This document shows positions 29,301 through 47,300 of a stretch of DNA of 64,000 nucleotides, piece by piece. The DNA lies in the NCBI GenBank assembly GCA_964016885.1, contig OZ024755.1:43834001-43898000 (forward strand), in the 5' to 3' direction. Position 1 is the stretch's first letter. Every line of letters begins with the position of its first letter. Source of the DNA: Eledone cirrhosa (taxonomy: Eukaryota). The notes under the pieces were generated by a model. That model was not told the DNA's origin, searched no databases, and worked only from the letters and a program-made list of their open reading frames with translations. The position numbers and the translations under genes were made by a program.

Positions 29301-32300
29301 ATTGTGTACCACAGTTGACAATACCAACACATATAGTGTACCACAGTTGACAGTACCAACGTATATTGTGTACCACAGTTGCCAATGCCAACATATACTG
29401 TGTACCACAGTTGAGAGTACCAACATGTACCGTGTACCACAGTTGACAGTACCAACGTATACTGTGTACCACAGTTGAGAATACCAACATATACTGTGTA
29501 CCACAGTTGACAGTACCAACATATACTGTGTACCCTAGTTGAAAGTACCAACGTATACTGTGTACCACAGTTGACAACACCAACATATACTGTGTATCAC
29601 AGTTGACAGTACCAACATATACTGTATACCACATTTGACAGTACCAACATATACTGTGTACCACAGTTGACAGTACCAACATATACTGTGTACCACAGTT
29701 GACAGTACCAACATATACTGTATACCACAGTTGACAGTACCAACATATACTGTGTACCACTGTTGACAGTATCAACATATACCGTGTACCACAGTTGACA
29801 GTACCAACATATACTGTGTACCACAGCTGACACTACCAACATATACTTGTACCGCAGTTGACAGTACTACCATATATTGTGTACCACCGTTGACAATACC
29901 AACGTATACTGTGTACCACAGTTGACAGTACCAACGTATACTGTGCACCACAGTTGACAGTACCAACATATACTGTGTACCGCTGTTGGCAGTACCAACA
30001 TATAATGTGTACCTCAGTTGACAGTACCAACATATAATGTGTACCACAGTTGACAGTACCAACGTATACTGTGTACCACAGTTGACAGTACCAATATATA
30101 CTGTGTAACACAGTTGACAATACCAACATATAATGTGTACCACAGTTGACAGTACCAACGTATACTGTGAACCACTGTTGGCAATACCAACATATACTGT
30201 GTACTACAGTTGACAGAACCAACATATACAGTGTACCACAGTTGACAGTACCAACATATACTGTGTACCACAGTTGACAGTACCAACATATACTGTGTAC
30301 CACAGTTGACAGAACCAACATGTACCGTGAACCACAGTTGACAGTGCCAACGTATACTGTGTACCACAGTTGAGCGTACCAACGTATAGTGTGTACCACA
30401 GTTGACAGTACCAACATATACTGTGTACCACAGTTGACAGTACCAACATATACTGTGTACCACAGTTCACAGTACCAACGTATACTGTGTACCACATTTG
30501 ACAGTACCAACATATACTGTATACCAGAGTTGACAGTACCAACATATACTGTGTACCACTGTTGACAGTACCAACATATACTGTGTACCACAGTTGACAG
30601 TACCAACATGTACCGTGTACCACAGTTGACAGTACCAACGTATACTGTGTACCACAGTTGACAATACCAACATATACTGTGTACCACAGTTGACAGTACC
30701 AACATATACTGTGTACCACAGTTGAAAGTACCAACGTATTTTGTGTACCACAGTTGACAACACCAACATATACTGTGTACCACAGTTGACAGTACCAACA
30801 TATACTGTATACCACAGTTGACAGTACCAACATATACTGTGTACCACAGTTGACAGTACCAACATATACTGTGTACCACAGTTGACAGTACCAACATATA
30901 CTGTATACCAGAGTTGACAGTACCAACATATACTGTGTACCACTGTTGACAGTACCAACATATACAGTGTACCACAGTTGACATTACCAACATATACTGT
31001 GTACCACAGCTGACAATACCAACATATACTTGTACCTCAGTTGAGAGTACTACCATATATTGTGTACCACCGTTGACAATACCAACGTATACTGTGTACC
31101 ACAGTTGACAGTACCAACGTATACTGTGCACCACAGTTGACAGTACCAACATATACTGTGTACCACAGTTGACAATACCAACATATACTGTGTACCACAG
31201 TTGACAATACCAACACATATAGTGTACCACAGTTGACAATACCAACACATATAGTGTACCACAGTTGACAGTACCAACGTATACTGTGTACCACAGTTGC
31301 CAATGCCAACATATACTGTGTACCACAGTTGAGAGTACCAACATGTACCGTGTACCACAGTTGACAGTACCAACGTATACTGTGTACCACAGTTGACAGT
31401 ACCAACGTATACTGTGTACCAGAGTTGACAGTACCCACATATACTGTGTACCACAGTTGACAGTTCCAACATATAAGGTGTACCACTGTTGATACTACCG
31501 ACATATACTGTGTAGCACAGTTGACAGTACTAACATATACTGTGTACCACAGTTGAGAGTACCACCATATACTGGGTACCACTGTTGACAGTACCAACAT
31601 ATACTGTGTACCACAGTTGACAGTACCAACATATACTGTGTACCATAGTTGACAGTACCAACATATCCTGTGTACTTCAGTTGTCAGTACCAACATATAC
31701 TGTATACCACAGTTGACAGTACCAACATATACTGTGTACCACTGTTGACAGTACCAACATATACCGTGTACCACAGTTGACAGTACCAACATATACTGTG
31801 TACCACAGCTGACACTACCAACATATACTTGTACCTCAATTGACAGTACTACCATATATTGTGTACCACCGTTGACAATACCAACGTATACTGTGTACCA
31901 CAGTTGACAGTACCAACGTATACTGTGCACCACAGTTGACAGTACCAACATATACTGTGTACCACAGTTGACAATACCAACATATACTGTGTACCACAGT
32001 TGACAATACCAACACATATAGTGTACCACAGTTGACAGTACCAACGTATACTGTGTACCACAGTTGCCAATGCCAACATATACTGTGTACCACAGTTGAG
32101 AGTACCAACATGTACCGTGTACCACAGTTGACACTACCAACGTATACTGTGTACCACAGTTAACAATACCAACATATACTGTGTACCACAGTTGACAGTA
32201 TCAACATATACTGTGTACCACAGTTGAAAGTACCAACGTAAACTGTGTACCACAGTTGACAACACCAACATATACTGTGTACCACAGTTGACAGTACCAA

Positions 32301-35300
32301 CATATACTGTATACCACAGTTGACAGTACCAACATATACTGTGTACCACAGTTGACAGTACCACCATATACTGTGTACCATAGTTGACATTACCAACGTA
32401 TATTGTGTTCCACAGTTGACAGTACCAACATGTACTGTGTACCACAGTTGACAGTACCAACGTATACTGTGTACCACAGTTGACAGTACCAACGTATACT
32501 GTGTACCACAGTTGACAGTACCAACATATACTGTGTACCATAGTTGACAGTACCATCATATACTGTGTACCACAGTTGACAGTACCAACATATATTGTGT
32601 ACCACAGTTGACAGTACCAACATATACTGTGTACCATAGTTGACATTACCAACGTATATTGTGTACCACAGTTGACAGTACCAACATATCCTGTGTACCT
32701 CAGTTGACAGTACCAACATATACTGTATACCATAGTTGACAGTACCAACATATACTGTGTACCACTGTTGACAGTACCAATATATACCGTGTACCACAGT
32801 TGACAGTACCAACATATACTGTGTACCACAGCTGACACTACCAACATATACTTGTACCTCAGTTGACAGTACTACCATATATTGTGTACCACCGTTGACA
32901 ATACCAACGTATAATGTGTACCACAGTTGACAGTACCAACGTATACTGTGCACCACAGTTGACAGTACCAACATATACTGTGTACCACAGTTGACAATAC
33001 CAACATATATTGTGTACCACAGTTGACAATACCAACACATATAGTGTACCACAGTTGACAGTACCAACGTATATTGTGTACCACAGTTGCCAATGCCAAC
33101 ATATACTGTGTACCACAGTTGAGAGTACCAACATGTACCGTGTACCACAGTTGACAGTACCAACGTATACTGTGTACCACAGTTGACAATACCAACATAT
33201 ACTGTGTACCACAGTTGACAGTACCAACATATACTGTGTACCCTAGTTGAAAGTACCAACGTATACTGTGTACCACAGTTGACAACACCAACATATACTG
33301 TGTATCACAGTTGACAGTACCAACATATACTGTATACCACATTTGACAGTACCAACATATACTGTGTACCACAGTTGACAGTACCAACATATACTGTGTA
33401 CCACAGTTGACAGTACCAACATATACTGTATACCACAGTTGACAGTACCAACATATACTGTGTACCACTGTTGACAGTACCAACATATACCGTGTACCAC
33501 AGTTGACAGTACCAACATATACTGTGTACCACAGCTGACACTACCAACATATACTTGTACCGCAGTTGACAGTACTACCATATATTGTGTACCACCGTTG
33601 ACAATACCAACGTATACTGTGTACCACAGTTGACAGTAACAACGTATACTGTGCACCACAGTTGACAGTACCAACATATACTGTGTACCGCTGTTGGCAG
33701 TACCAACATATAATGTGTACCTCAGTTGACAGTACCAACATATACTGTGTACCACAGTTGACAGTACCAACGTATACTGTGTACCACAGTTGACAGTACC
33801 AACGTATACTGTGTACCAGAGTTGACAGTACCCACATATACTGTGTACCACAGTTGACAGTTCCAACATATAAGGTGTACCACTGTTGATACTACCGACA
33901 TATACTGTGTAACACAGTTGACAGTACTAACATATACTGTGTACCACAGTTGAGAGTACCACCATATACTGGGTACCACTGTTGACAGTACCAACATATA
34001 CTGTGTACCACAGTTGACAGTACCAACATATACTGTGTACCATAGTTGACAGTACCAACATATCCTGTGTACCTCAGTTGTCAGTACCAACATATACTGT
34101 ATACCACAGTTGACAGTACCAACATATACTGTGTACCACTGTTGACAGTACCAACATATACCGTGTACCACAGTTGACAGTACCAACATATACTGTGTAC
34201 CACAGCTGACACTACCAACATATACTTGTACCTCAATTGACAGTACTACCATATATTGTGTACCACCGTTGACAATACCAACGTATACTGTGTACCACAG
34301 TTGACAGTACCAACGTATACTGTGCACCACAGTTGACAGTACCAACATATACTGTGTACCACAGTTGACAATACCAACATATACTGTGTACCACAGTTGA
34401 CAATACCAACACATATAGTGTACCACAGTTGACAGTACCAACGTATACTGTGTACCACAGTTGCGAATGCCAACATATACTGTGTACCACAGTTGAGAGT
34501 ACCAACATGTACCGTGTACCACAGTTGTCACTACCAACGTATACTGTGTACCACAGTTGACAATACCAACATATACTGTGTACCACAGTTGACAGTACCA
34601 ACATATACTGTGTACCACAGTTGAAAGTACCAACGTATACTGTGTACCACAGTTGACAACACCAACATATACTGTGTACCACAGTTGACAGTACCAACAT
34701 ATACTGTATACCACAGTTGACAGTACCAACATATACTGTGTACCACAGTTGACAGTACCAACATATACTGTGTACCACAGTTGACAGTACCAACATATAC
34801 TGTATACCACAGTTGACAGTACCAACATATACTGTGTACCACTGTTGACAGTACCAACATATACCGTGTACCACAGTTGACAGTACCAACATATACTGTG
34901 TACCACAGCTGACACTACCAACATATACTTGTACCTCAGTTGACAGTATTACCATATATTGTGTACCACCGTTGACAATACCAACGTATACTGTGTACCA
35001 CAGTTGACAGTACCAACGTATACTGTGTACCACAGTTGCCAATGCCAACATATACTGTGTACCACAGTTGAGAGTACCAACATATACTGTGTACCACAGT
35101 TGACAGTACCAACATATACTGTGTACCACAGTTGACAGTACCAACATATACTGTGTACCACAGTTGACAGTACCAATGTATACTGTGTACCACAGTTGAC
35201 AGTACCAACATATACTGTGTACCACAGTTGACAGTACCAACATATACTGTGTACCATAGTTGACATTACCAACGTATATTGTGTTCCACAGTTGACAGTA

Positions 35301-38300
35301 CCAACATGTACTGTGTACCATAGTTGACAGTACCAACGTATACTGTGTACCACAGTTGACAGTACCAACGTATACTGTGTACCACAGTTGACAGTACCAA
35401 CATATAATGTGTACCACATTTGACAGTACGATCATATACTGTGTACCACAGTTGACAGTACCAACATATATTGTGTACCACAGTTGACAGTACCAACATA
35501 TACTGTGTACCATAGTTGACATTACCAACGTATATTGTGTACCACAGTTGAGAGTACCAACATATCCTGTGTACCTCAGTTGACAGTACCATCATATACT
35601 GTATACCACAGTTGACAGTACCAACATATACTGTGTACCACTGTTGACAGTACCAATATATACCGTGTACCACAGTTGACAGTACCAACATATACTTGTA
35701 CCTCAGTTGACAGTACTACCATATATTGTGTACCACCGTTGACAATACCAACGTATACTGTGTACCACAGTTGACAGTACCAACGTATACTGTGCACCAC
35801 AGTTGACAGTACCAACATATACTGTGTACCACAGTTGACAATACCAACATATACTGTGTACCACAGTTGACAATACCAACACATATAGTGTACCACAGTT
35901 GACAGTACCAACGTATATTGTGCACCACAGTTGCCAATGCCAACATATACTGTGTACCACAGTTGAGAGTACCAACATATACTGTGTACCACAGTTGAAA
36001 GTACCAACGTATACTGTGTACCACAGTTGACAGCACCAACATATACTGTGTATCACAGTTGACAATACCAACATATACTGTATACCACATTTGACAGTAC
36101 CAACATATACTGTGTACCACAGTTGACAGTACCAACATATACTGTGTACCACAGTTGACAGTACCAACATATACTGTATACCACAGTTGACAGTACCAAC
36201 ATATACTGTGTACCACTGTTGACAGTACCAACATATACTGTGTACCCTAGTTGACATTACCAACGTATATTGTGTACCATAGTTGACAGTAGCAACATGT
36301 ACTGTGTACCACAGTTGACAGTAACAACGTATACTGTGTACCACAGTTGACAGTACCAACGTATACTGTGTACCACAGTTGACAGTACCAACGTATACTG
36401 TGCACCACAGTTGACAGTACCAACATATACTGTGTACCACAGTTGACAATACCAACATATACTGTGTACCACAGTTGACAATACCAACACATATAGTGTA
36501 CCACAGTTGACAGTACCAACGTATACTGTGTACCACAGTTGCCAATGCCATCATATACTGTGTACCACAGTTGAGAGTAACAACATATACTGTGTACCAC
36601 AGTTGACAGTACCAACATATACTGTGTACCACAGTTGACAGTACCAACATATACTGTGTACCACAGTTGACAGTACCAATGTATACTGTGTACCACAGTT
36701 GACAGTACCAACATATAGTGTGTACCACAGTTGACAGTACCAACATATACTGTGTACCCTAGTTGACATTACCAACGTATATTGTGTACCACAGTTGACA
36801 GTACCAACATGTACAGTGTACCACAGTTGACAGTACCAACGTATACTGTGTACCACAGTTGACAGTATCAACGTATACTGTGTACCACAGTTGACAGTAC
36901 CAACATATAACGTGTACCACAGTTGGCAGTACCATCATATACTCTGTACCACAGTTGACAGTACCAACATATATCGTGTACCACAGTTGACAGTACCAAC
37001 ATATACTGTGTACCATAGTTGACATTACCAACGTATATTGTGTACCACAGTTGACAGTACCAACATACACCGTGTACAACAGTTGACAGTACCAACATAT
37101 ACTGTGTACCACAGTTGCGAGTACCAACATAAACTGTGTACCACAGTTGACAGTACCAACATATACTGTGTACCACAGTTGACAGTACCAACATATACTG
37201 TATACCACAGTTGACAGTACCAACATATACTGTGTACCACAGTTGACAGTACCAACATATACTGTGTACCTCAGTTAACAGTACCCACATATACTGTGTA
37301 CCACAGTTGACAGTATAAACATATACTGTGTACCACAGTTGACAGTACCATCATATACTTTGTACCACAGTTAACAGTACCAACATATACTGTGTACCAC
37401 AGTTGACAGTACCAACGTATACTGTCTACCACAGTTGACAGTACCAACGTATACTGTTTACCACAGTTGACAATACCAACATATACTGTGTACCAGAGTT
37501 GACAGTACCCACATATACTGTGTACCACAGTTGACAGTTCCAACATATAAGGTGTACCACTGTTGATACTACCGACATATACTGTGTAGCACAGTTGACA
37601 GTACTAACATATACTGTGTACCACGGTTGAGAGTACCACCATATACTGGGTACCACTGTTGACAGTACCAACATATACTGTGTACCACAGTTGACAGTAC
37701 CAACATATACTGTGTACCATAGTTGACAGTACCAACATATCCTGTGTACCTCAGTTGTCAGTACCAACATATACTGTATACCACAGTTGACAGTACCAAC
37801 ATATACTGTGTACCACTGTTGACAGTACCAACATATACCGTGTACCACAGTTGACAGTACCAACATATACTGTGTACCACAGCTGACACTACCAACATAT
37901 ACCTGTACCTCAATTGACAGTACTACCATATATAGTGTACCACCGTTGACAATACCAACGTATACTGTGTACCACAGTTGACAGTACCAACGTATACTGT
38001 GCACCACAGTTGACAGTACCAACATATACTGTGTACCACAGTTGACAATACCAACATATACTGTGTACCACAGTTGACAATACCAACACATATAGTGTAC
38101 CACAGTTGACAGTACCAACGTATACTGTGTACCACAGTTGCCAATGCCATCATATACTGTGTACCACAGTTGAGAGTAACAACATATACTGTGCACCACA
38201 GTTGACAGTACCAACATATACTGTGTACCACAGTTGACAATACCAACATATACTGTGTACCACAGTTGACAATACCAACACATATAGTGTACCACAGTTG

Positions 38301-41300
38301 ACAATACCAACACATATAGTGTACCACAGTTGACAGTACCAACGTATACTGTGTACCACAGTTGCCAATGCCAACATATACTGTGTACCTCAGTTGAGAG
38401 TACCAACATGTACCGTGTACCACAGTTGACAGTACCAACGTATACTCTGTACCACAGTTGACAGTACCAACGTATACTGTTTACCACAGTTGACAATACC
38501 AACATATACTGTGTACCAGAGTTGACAGTACCCACATATACTGTGTACCACAGTTGACAGTTCCAACATATAAGGTGTACCACTGTTGATACTACCGACA
38601 TATACTGTGTAGCACAGTTGACAGTACTAACATATACTGTGTACCACAGTTGAGAGTACCACCATATACTGGGTACCACTGTTGACAGTACCAACATATA
38701 CTGTGTACCACAGTTGACAGTACCAACATATACTGTGTACCATAGTTGACAGTACCAACATATCCTGTGTACTTCAGTTGTCAGTACCAACATATACTGT
38801 ATACCACAGTTGACAGTACCAACATATACTGTGTACCACTGTTGACAGTACCAACATATACCGTGTACCACAGTTGACAGTACCAACATATACTGTGTAC
38901 CACAGCTGACACTACCAACATATACTTGTACCTCAATTGACAGTACTACCATATATTGTGTACCACCGTTGACAATACCAACGTATACTGTGTACCACAG
39001 TTGACAGTACCAACGTATACTGTGCACCACAGTTGACAGTACCAACATATACTGTGTACCACAGTTGACAATACCAACATATACTGTGTACCACAGCTGA
39101 CAATACCAACACATATAGTGTACCACAGTTGACAGTACCAACGTATACTGTGTACCACAGTTGCCAATGCCAACATATACTGTGTACCACAGTTGAGAGT
39201 ACCAACATGTACCGTGTACCACAGTTGACGCTACCAACGTATACTGTGTACCACAGTTGACAATACCAACATATACTGTGTACCACAGTTGACAGTATCA
39301 ACATATACTGTGTACCACAGTTGAAAGTACCAACGTATACTGTGTACCACAGTTGACAACACCAACATATACTGTGTACCACAGTTGACAGTACCAACAT
39401 ATACTGTATACCACAGTTGACAGTACCAACATATACTGTGTACCACAGTTGACAGTACCAACATATACTGTGTACCACAGTTAACAGTACCAACATATAC
39501 TGTATACCACAGTTGACAGTACCAACATATACTGTGTACCACTGTTGACAGTACCAACATATACCGTGTACCACAGTTGACAGTACCAACATATACTGTG
39601 TACCACAGCTGACACTACCAACATATACTTGTACCTCAGTTGACAGTATTACCATATGTTGTGTACCACCGTTGACAATACCAACGTATACTGTGTACCA
39701 CAGTTGACAGTACCAACGTATACTGTGCACCACAGTTGACAGTACCAAAATATACTGTGTACCACAGTTGACAATACCAACATATACTGTGTACCACAGT
39801 TGACAATACCAACACATATAGTGTACCACAGTTGACAGTACCAACGTATACTGTGTACCACAGTTGCCAATGCCAACATATACTGTGTACCACAGTTGAG
39901 AGTACCAACATATACTGTGTACCACAGTTGACAGTACCAACATATACTGTGTACCACAGTTGACAGTACCAACATATACTGTGTACCACAGTTGGCAGTA
40001 CCAATGTATACTGTGTACCACAGTTGACAGTACCAACATATACTGTGTACCACAGTTGACAGTACCAACATATACTGTGTACCATAGTTGACATTACCAA
40101 CGTATATTGTGTTCCACAGTTGACAGTACCAACATGTACTGTGTACCACATTTGACAGTACCAACGTATACTGTGTACCACAGTTGACAGTACCAACGTA
40201 TACTGTGTACCACAGTTGACAGTACCAACATATACTGTGTACCACAGTTGACAGTACCATCATATACTGTGTACCACAGTTGACAGTACCAACATATATT
40301 GTGTACCACAGTTGACAGTACCAACATATACTGTGTACCATAGTTGACATTACCAACGTATATTGTGTACCACAGTTGACAGTACCAACATATCCTGTGT
40401 ACCTCAGTTGACAGTACCAACATATACAGTATACCATAGTTGACAGTACCAACATATACTGTGTACCACTGTTGACAGTACCAATATATACCGTGTACCA
40501 CAGTTGACAGTACCAACATATACTGTGTACCACAGCTGACACTACCAACATATACTTGTACCTCAGTTGACAGTACTACAATATATTGTGTACGACCGTT
40601 GACAATACCAACGTATAATGTGTACCACAGTTGACAGTACCAACGTATACTGTGCACCACAGTTGACAGTACCAACATATACTGTGTACCACAGTTGACA
40701 ATACCAACATATATTGTGTACCACAGTTGACAATACCAACACATATAGTGTACCACAGTTGACAGTACCAACGTATATTGTGTACCACAGTTGCCAATGC
40801 CAACATATACTGTGTACCACAGTTGAGAGTACCAACATGTACCGTGTACCACAGTTGACAGTACCAACGTATACTGTGTACCACAGTTGAGAATACCAAC
40901 ATATACTGTGTACCACAGTTGACAGTACCAACATATACTGTGTACCCTAGTTGAAAGTACCAACGTATACTGTGTACCACAGTTGACAACACCAACATAT
41001 ACTGTGTATCACAGTTGACAGTACCAACATATACTGTATACCACATTTGACAGTACCAACATATACTGTGTACCACAGTTGACAGTACCAACATATACTG
41101 TGTACCACAGTTGACAGTACCAACATATACTGTATACCACAGTTGACAGTACCAACATATACTGTGTACCACTGTTGACAGTATCAACATATACCGTGTA
41201 CCACAGTTGACAGTACCAACATATACTGTGTACCACAGCTGACACTACCAACATATACTTGTACCGCAGTTGACAGTACTACCATATATTGTGTACCACC

Positions 41301-44300
41301 GTTGACAATACCAACGTATACTGTGTACCACAGTTGACAGTACCAACGTATACTGTGCACCACAGTTGACAGTACCAACATATACTGTGTACCGCTGTTG
41401 GCAGTACCAACATATAATGTGTACCTCAGTTGACAGTACCAACATATAATGTGTACCACAGTTGACAGTACCAACGTATACTGTGTACCACAGTTGACAG
41501 TACCAATATATACTGTGTAACACAGTTGACAATACCAACATATAATGTGTACCACAGTTGACAGTACCAACGTATACTGTGAACCACTGTTGGCAATACC
41601 AACATATACTGTGTACTACAGTTGACAGAACCAACATATACAGTGTACCACAGTTGACAGTACCAACATATACTGTGTACCACAGTTGACAGTACCAACA
41701 TATACTGTGTACCACAGTTGACAGAACCAACATGTACCGTGAACCACAGTTGACAGTGCCAACGTATACTGTGTACCACAGTTGAGCGTACCAACGTATA
41801 GTGTGTACCACAGTTGACAGTACCAACATATACTGTGTACCACAGTTGACAGTACCAACATATACTGTGTACCACAGTTCACAGTACCAACGTATACTGT
41901 GTACCACATTTGACAGTACCAACATATACTGTATACCAGAGTTGACAGTACCAACATATACTGTGTACCACTGTTGACAGTACCAACATATACTGTGTAC
42001 CACAGTTGACAGTACCAACATGTACCGTGTACCACAGTTGACAGTACCAACGTATACTGTGTACCACAGTTGACAATACCAACATATACTGTGTACCACA
42101 GTTGACAGTACCAACATATACTGTGTACCACAGTTGAAAGTACCAACGTATTTTGTGTACCACAGTTGACAACACCAACATATACTGTGTACCACAGTTG
42201 ACAGTACCAACATATACTGTATACCACAGTTGACAGTACCAACATATACTGTGTACCACAGTTGACAGTACCAACATATACTGTGTACCACAGTTGACAG
42301 TACCAACATATACTGTATACCAGAGTTGACAGTACCAACATATACTGTGTACCACTGTTGACAGTACCAACATATACAGTGTACCACAGTTGACATTACC
42401 AACATATACTGTGTACCACAGCTGACAATACCAACATATACTTGTACCTCAGTTGAGAGTACTACCATATATTGTGTACCACCGTTGACAATACCAACGT
42501 ATACTGTGTACCACAGTTGACAGTACCAACGTATACTGTGCACCACAGTTGACAGTACCAACATATACTGTGTACCACAGTTGACAATACCAACATATAC
42601 TGTGTACCACAGTTGACAATACCAACACATATAGTGTACCACAGTTGACAATACCAACACATATAGTGTACCACAGTTGACAGTACCAACGTATACTGTG
42701 TACCACAGTTGCCAATGCCAACATATACTGTGTACCACAGTTGAGAGTACCAACATGTACCGTGTACCACAGTTGACAGTACCAACGTATACTGTGTACC
42801 ACAGTTGACAGTACCAACGTATACTGTGTACCAGAGTTGACAGTACCCACATATACTGTGTACCACAGTTGACAGTTCCAACATATAAGGTGTACCACTG
42901 TTGATACTACCGACATATACTGTGTAGCACAGTTGACAGTACTAACATATACTGTGTACCACAGTTGAGAGTACCACCATATACTGGGTACCACTGTTGA
43001 CAGTACCAACATATACTGTGTACCACAGTTGACAGTACCAACATATACTGTGTACCATAGTTGACAGTACCAACATATCCTGTGTACTTCAGTTGTCAGT
43101 ACCAACATATACTGTATACCACAGTTGACAGTACCAACATATACTGTGTACCACTGTTGACAGTACCAACATATACCGTGTACCACAGTTGACAGTACCA
43201 ACATATACTGTGTACCACAGCTGACACTACCAACATATACTTGTACCTCAATTGACAGTACTACCATATATTGTGTACCACCGTTGACAATACCAACGTA
43301 TACTGTGTACCACAGTTGACAGTACCAACGTATACTGTGCACCACAGTTGACAGTACCAACATATACTGTGTACCACAGTTGACAATACCAACATATACT
43401 GTGTACCACAGTTGACAATACCAACACATATAGTGTACCACAGTTGACAGTACCAACGTATACTGTGTACCACAGTTGCCAATGCCAACATATACTGTGT
43501 ACCACAGTTGAGAGTACCAACATGTACCGTGTACCACAGTTGACACTACCAACGTATACTGTGTACCACAGTTAACAATACCAACATATACTGTGTACCA
43601 CAGTTGACAGTATCAACATATACTGTGTACCACAGTTGAAAGTACCAACGTAAACTGTGTACCACAGTTGACAACACCAACATATACTGTGTACCACAGT
43701 TGACAGTACCAACATATACTGTATACCACAGTTGACAGTACCAACATATACTGTGTACCACAGTTGACAGTACCACCATATACTGTGTACCATAGTTGAC
43801 ATTACCAACGTATATTGTGTTCCACAGTTGACAGTACCAACATGTACTGTGTACCACAGTTGACAGTACCAACGTATACTGTGTACCACAGTTGACAGTA
43901 CCAACGTATACTGTGTACCACAGTTGACAGTACCAACATATACTGTGTACCATAGTTGACAGTACCATCATATACTGTGTACCACAGTTGACAGTACCAA
44001 CATATATTGTGTACCACAGTTGACAGTACCAACATATACTGTGTACCATAGTTGACATTACCAACGTATATTGTGTACCACAGTTGACAGTACCAACATA
44101 TCCTGTGTACCTCAGTTGACAGTACCAACATATACTGTATACCATAGTTGACAGTACCAACATATACTGTGTACCACTGTTGACAGTACCAATATATACC
44201 GTGTACCACAGTTGACAGTACCAACATATACTGTGTACCACAGCTGACACTACCAACATATACTTGTACCTCAGTTGACAGTACTACCATATATTGTGTA

Positions 44301-47300
44301 CCACCGTTGACAATACCAACGTATAATGTGTACCACAGTTGACAGTACCAACGTATACTGTGCACCACAGTTGACAGTACCAACATATACTGTGTACCAC
44401 AGTTGACAATACCAACATATATTGTGTACCACAGTTGACAATACCAACACATATAGTGTACCACAGTTGACAGTACCAACGTATATTGTGTACCACAGTT
44501 GCCAATGCCAACATATACTGTGTACCACAGTTGAGAGTACCAACATGTACCGTGTACCACAGTTGACAGTACCAACGTATACTGTGTACCACAGTTGACA
44601 ATACCAACATATACTGTGTACCACAGTTGACAGTACCAACATATACTGTGTACCCTAGTTGAAAGTACCAACGTATACTGTGTACCACAGTTGACAACAC
44701 CAACATATACTGTGTATCACAGTTGACAGTACCAACATATACTGTATACCACATTTGACAGTACCAACATATACTGTGTACCACAGTTGACAGTACCAAC
44801 ATATACTGTGTACCACAGTTGACAGTACCAACATATACTGTATACCACAGTTGACAGTACCAACATATACTGTGTACCACTGTTGACAGTACCAACATAT
44901 ACCGTGTACCACAGTTGACAGTACCAACATATACTGTGTACCACAGCTGACACTACCAACATATACTTGTACCGCAGTTGACAGTACTACCATATATTGT
45001 GTACCACCGTTGACAATACCAACGTATACTGTGTACCACAGTTGACAGTAACAACGTATACTGTGCACCACAGTTGACAGTACCAACATATACTGTGTAC
45101 CGCTGTTGGCAGTACCAACATATAATGTGTACCTCAGTTGACAGTACCAACATATACTGTGTACCACAGTTGACAGTACCAACGTATACTGTGTACCACA
45201 GTTGACAGTACCAACGTATACTGTGTACCAGAGTTGACAGTACCCACATATACTGTGTACCACAGTTGACAGTTCCAACATATAAGGTGTACCACTGTTG
45301 ATACTACCGACATATACTGTGTAACACAGTTGACAGTACTAACATATACTGTGTACCACAGTTGAGAGTACCACCATATACTGGGTACCACTGTTGACAG
45401 TACCAACATATACTGTGTACCACAGTTGACAGTACCAACATATACTGTGTACCATAGTTGACAGTACCAACATATCCTGTGTACCTCAGTTGTCAGTACC
45501 AACATATACTGTATACCACAGTTGACAGTACCAACATATACTGTGTACCACTGTTGACAGTACCAACATATACCGTGTACCACAGTTGACAGTACCAACA
45601 TATACTGTGTACCACAGCTGACACTACCAACATATACTTGTACCTCAATTGACAGTACTACCATATATTGTGTACCACCGTTGACAATACCAACGTATAC
45701 TGTGTACCACAGTTGACAGTACCAACGTATACTGTGCACCACAGTTGACAGTACCAACATATACTGTGTACCACAGTTGACAATACCAACATATACTGTG
45801 TACCACAGTTGACAATACCAACACATATAGTGTACCACAGTTGACAGTACCAACGTATACTGTGTACCACAGTTGCGAATGCCAACATATACTGTGTACC
45901 ACAGTTGAGAGTACCAACATGTACCGTGTACCACAGTTGTCACTACCAACGTATACTGTGTACCACAGTTGACAATACCAACATATACTGTGTACCACAG
46001 TTGACAGTACCAACATATACTGTGTACCACAGTTGAAAGTACCAACGTATACTGTGTACCACAGTTGACAACACCAACATATACTGTGTACCACAGTTGA
46101 CAGTACCAACATATACTGTATACCACAGTTGACAGTACCAACATATACTGTGTACCACAGTTGACAGTACCAACATATACTGTGTACCACAGTTGACAGT
46201 ACCAACATATACTGTATACCACAGTTGACAGTACCAACATATACTGTGTACCACTGTTGACAGTACCAACATATACCGTGTACCACAGTTGACAGTACCA
46301 ACATATACTGTGTACCACAGCTGACACTACCAACATATACTTGTACCTCAGTTGACAGTATTACCATATATTGTGTACCACCGTTGACAATACCAACGTA
46401 TACTGTGTACCACAGTTGACAGTACCAACGTATACTGTGTACCACAGTTGCCAATGCCAACATATACTGTGTACCACAGTTGAGAGTACCAACATATACT
46501 GTGTACCACAGTTGACAGTACCAACATATACTGTGTACCACAGTTGACAGTACCAACATATACTGTGTACCACAGTTGACAGTACCAATGTATACTGTGT
46601 ACCACAGTTGACAGTACCAACATATACTGTGTACCACAGTTGACAGTACCAACATATACTGTGTACCATAGTTGACATTACCAACGTATATTGTGTTCCA
46701 CAGTTGACAGTACCAACATGTACTGTGTACCATAGTTGACAGTACCAACGTATACTGTGTACCACAGTTGACAGTACCAACGTATACTGTGTACCACAGT
46801 TGACAGTACCAACATATAATGTGTACCACATTTGACAGTACGATCATATACTGTGTACCACAGTTGACAGTACCAACATATATTGTGTACCACAGTTGAC
46901 AGTACCAACATATACTGTGTACCATAGTTGACATTACCAACGTATATTGTGTACCACAGTTGAGAGTACCAACATATCCTGTGTACCTCAGTTGACAGTA
47001 CCATCATATACTGTATACCACAGTTGACAGTACCAACATATACTGTGTACCACTGTTGACAGTACCAATATATACCGTGTACCACAGTTGACAGTACCAA
47101 CATATACTTGTACCTCAGTTGACAGTACTACCATATATTGTGTACCACCGTTGACAATACCAACGTATACTGTGTACCACAGTTGACAGTACCAACGTAT
47201 ACTGTGCACCACAGTTGACAGTACCAACATATACTGTGTACCACAGTTGACAATACCAACATATACTGTGTACCACAGTTGACAATACCAACACATATAG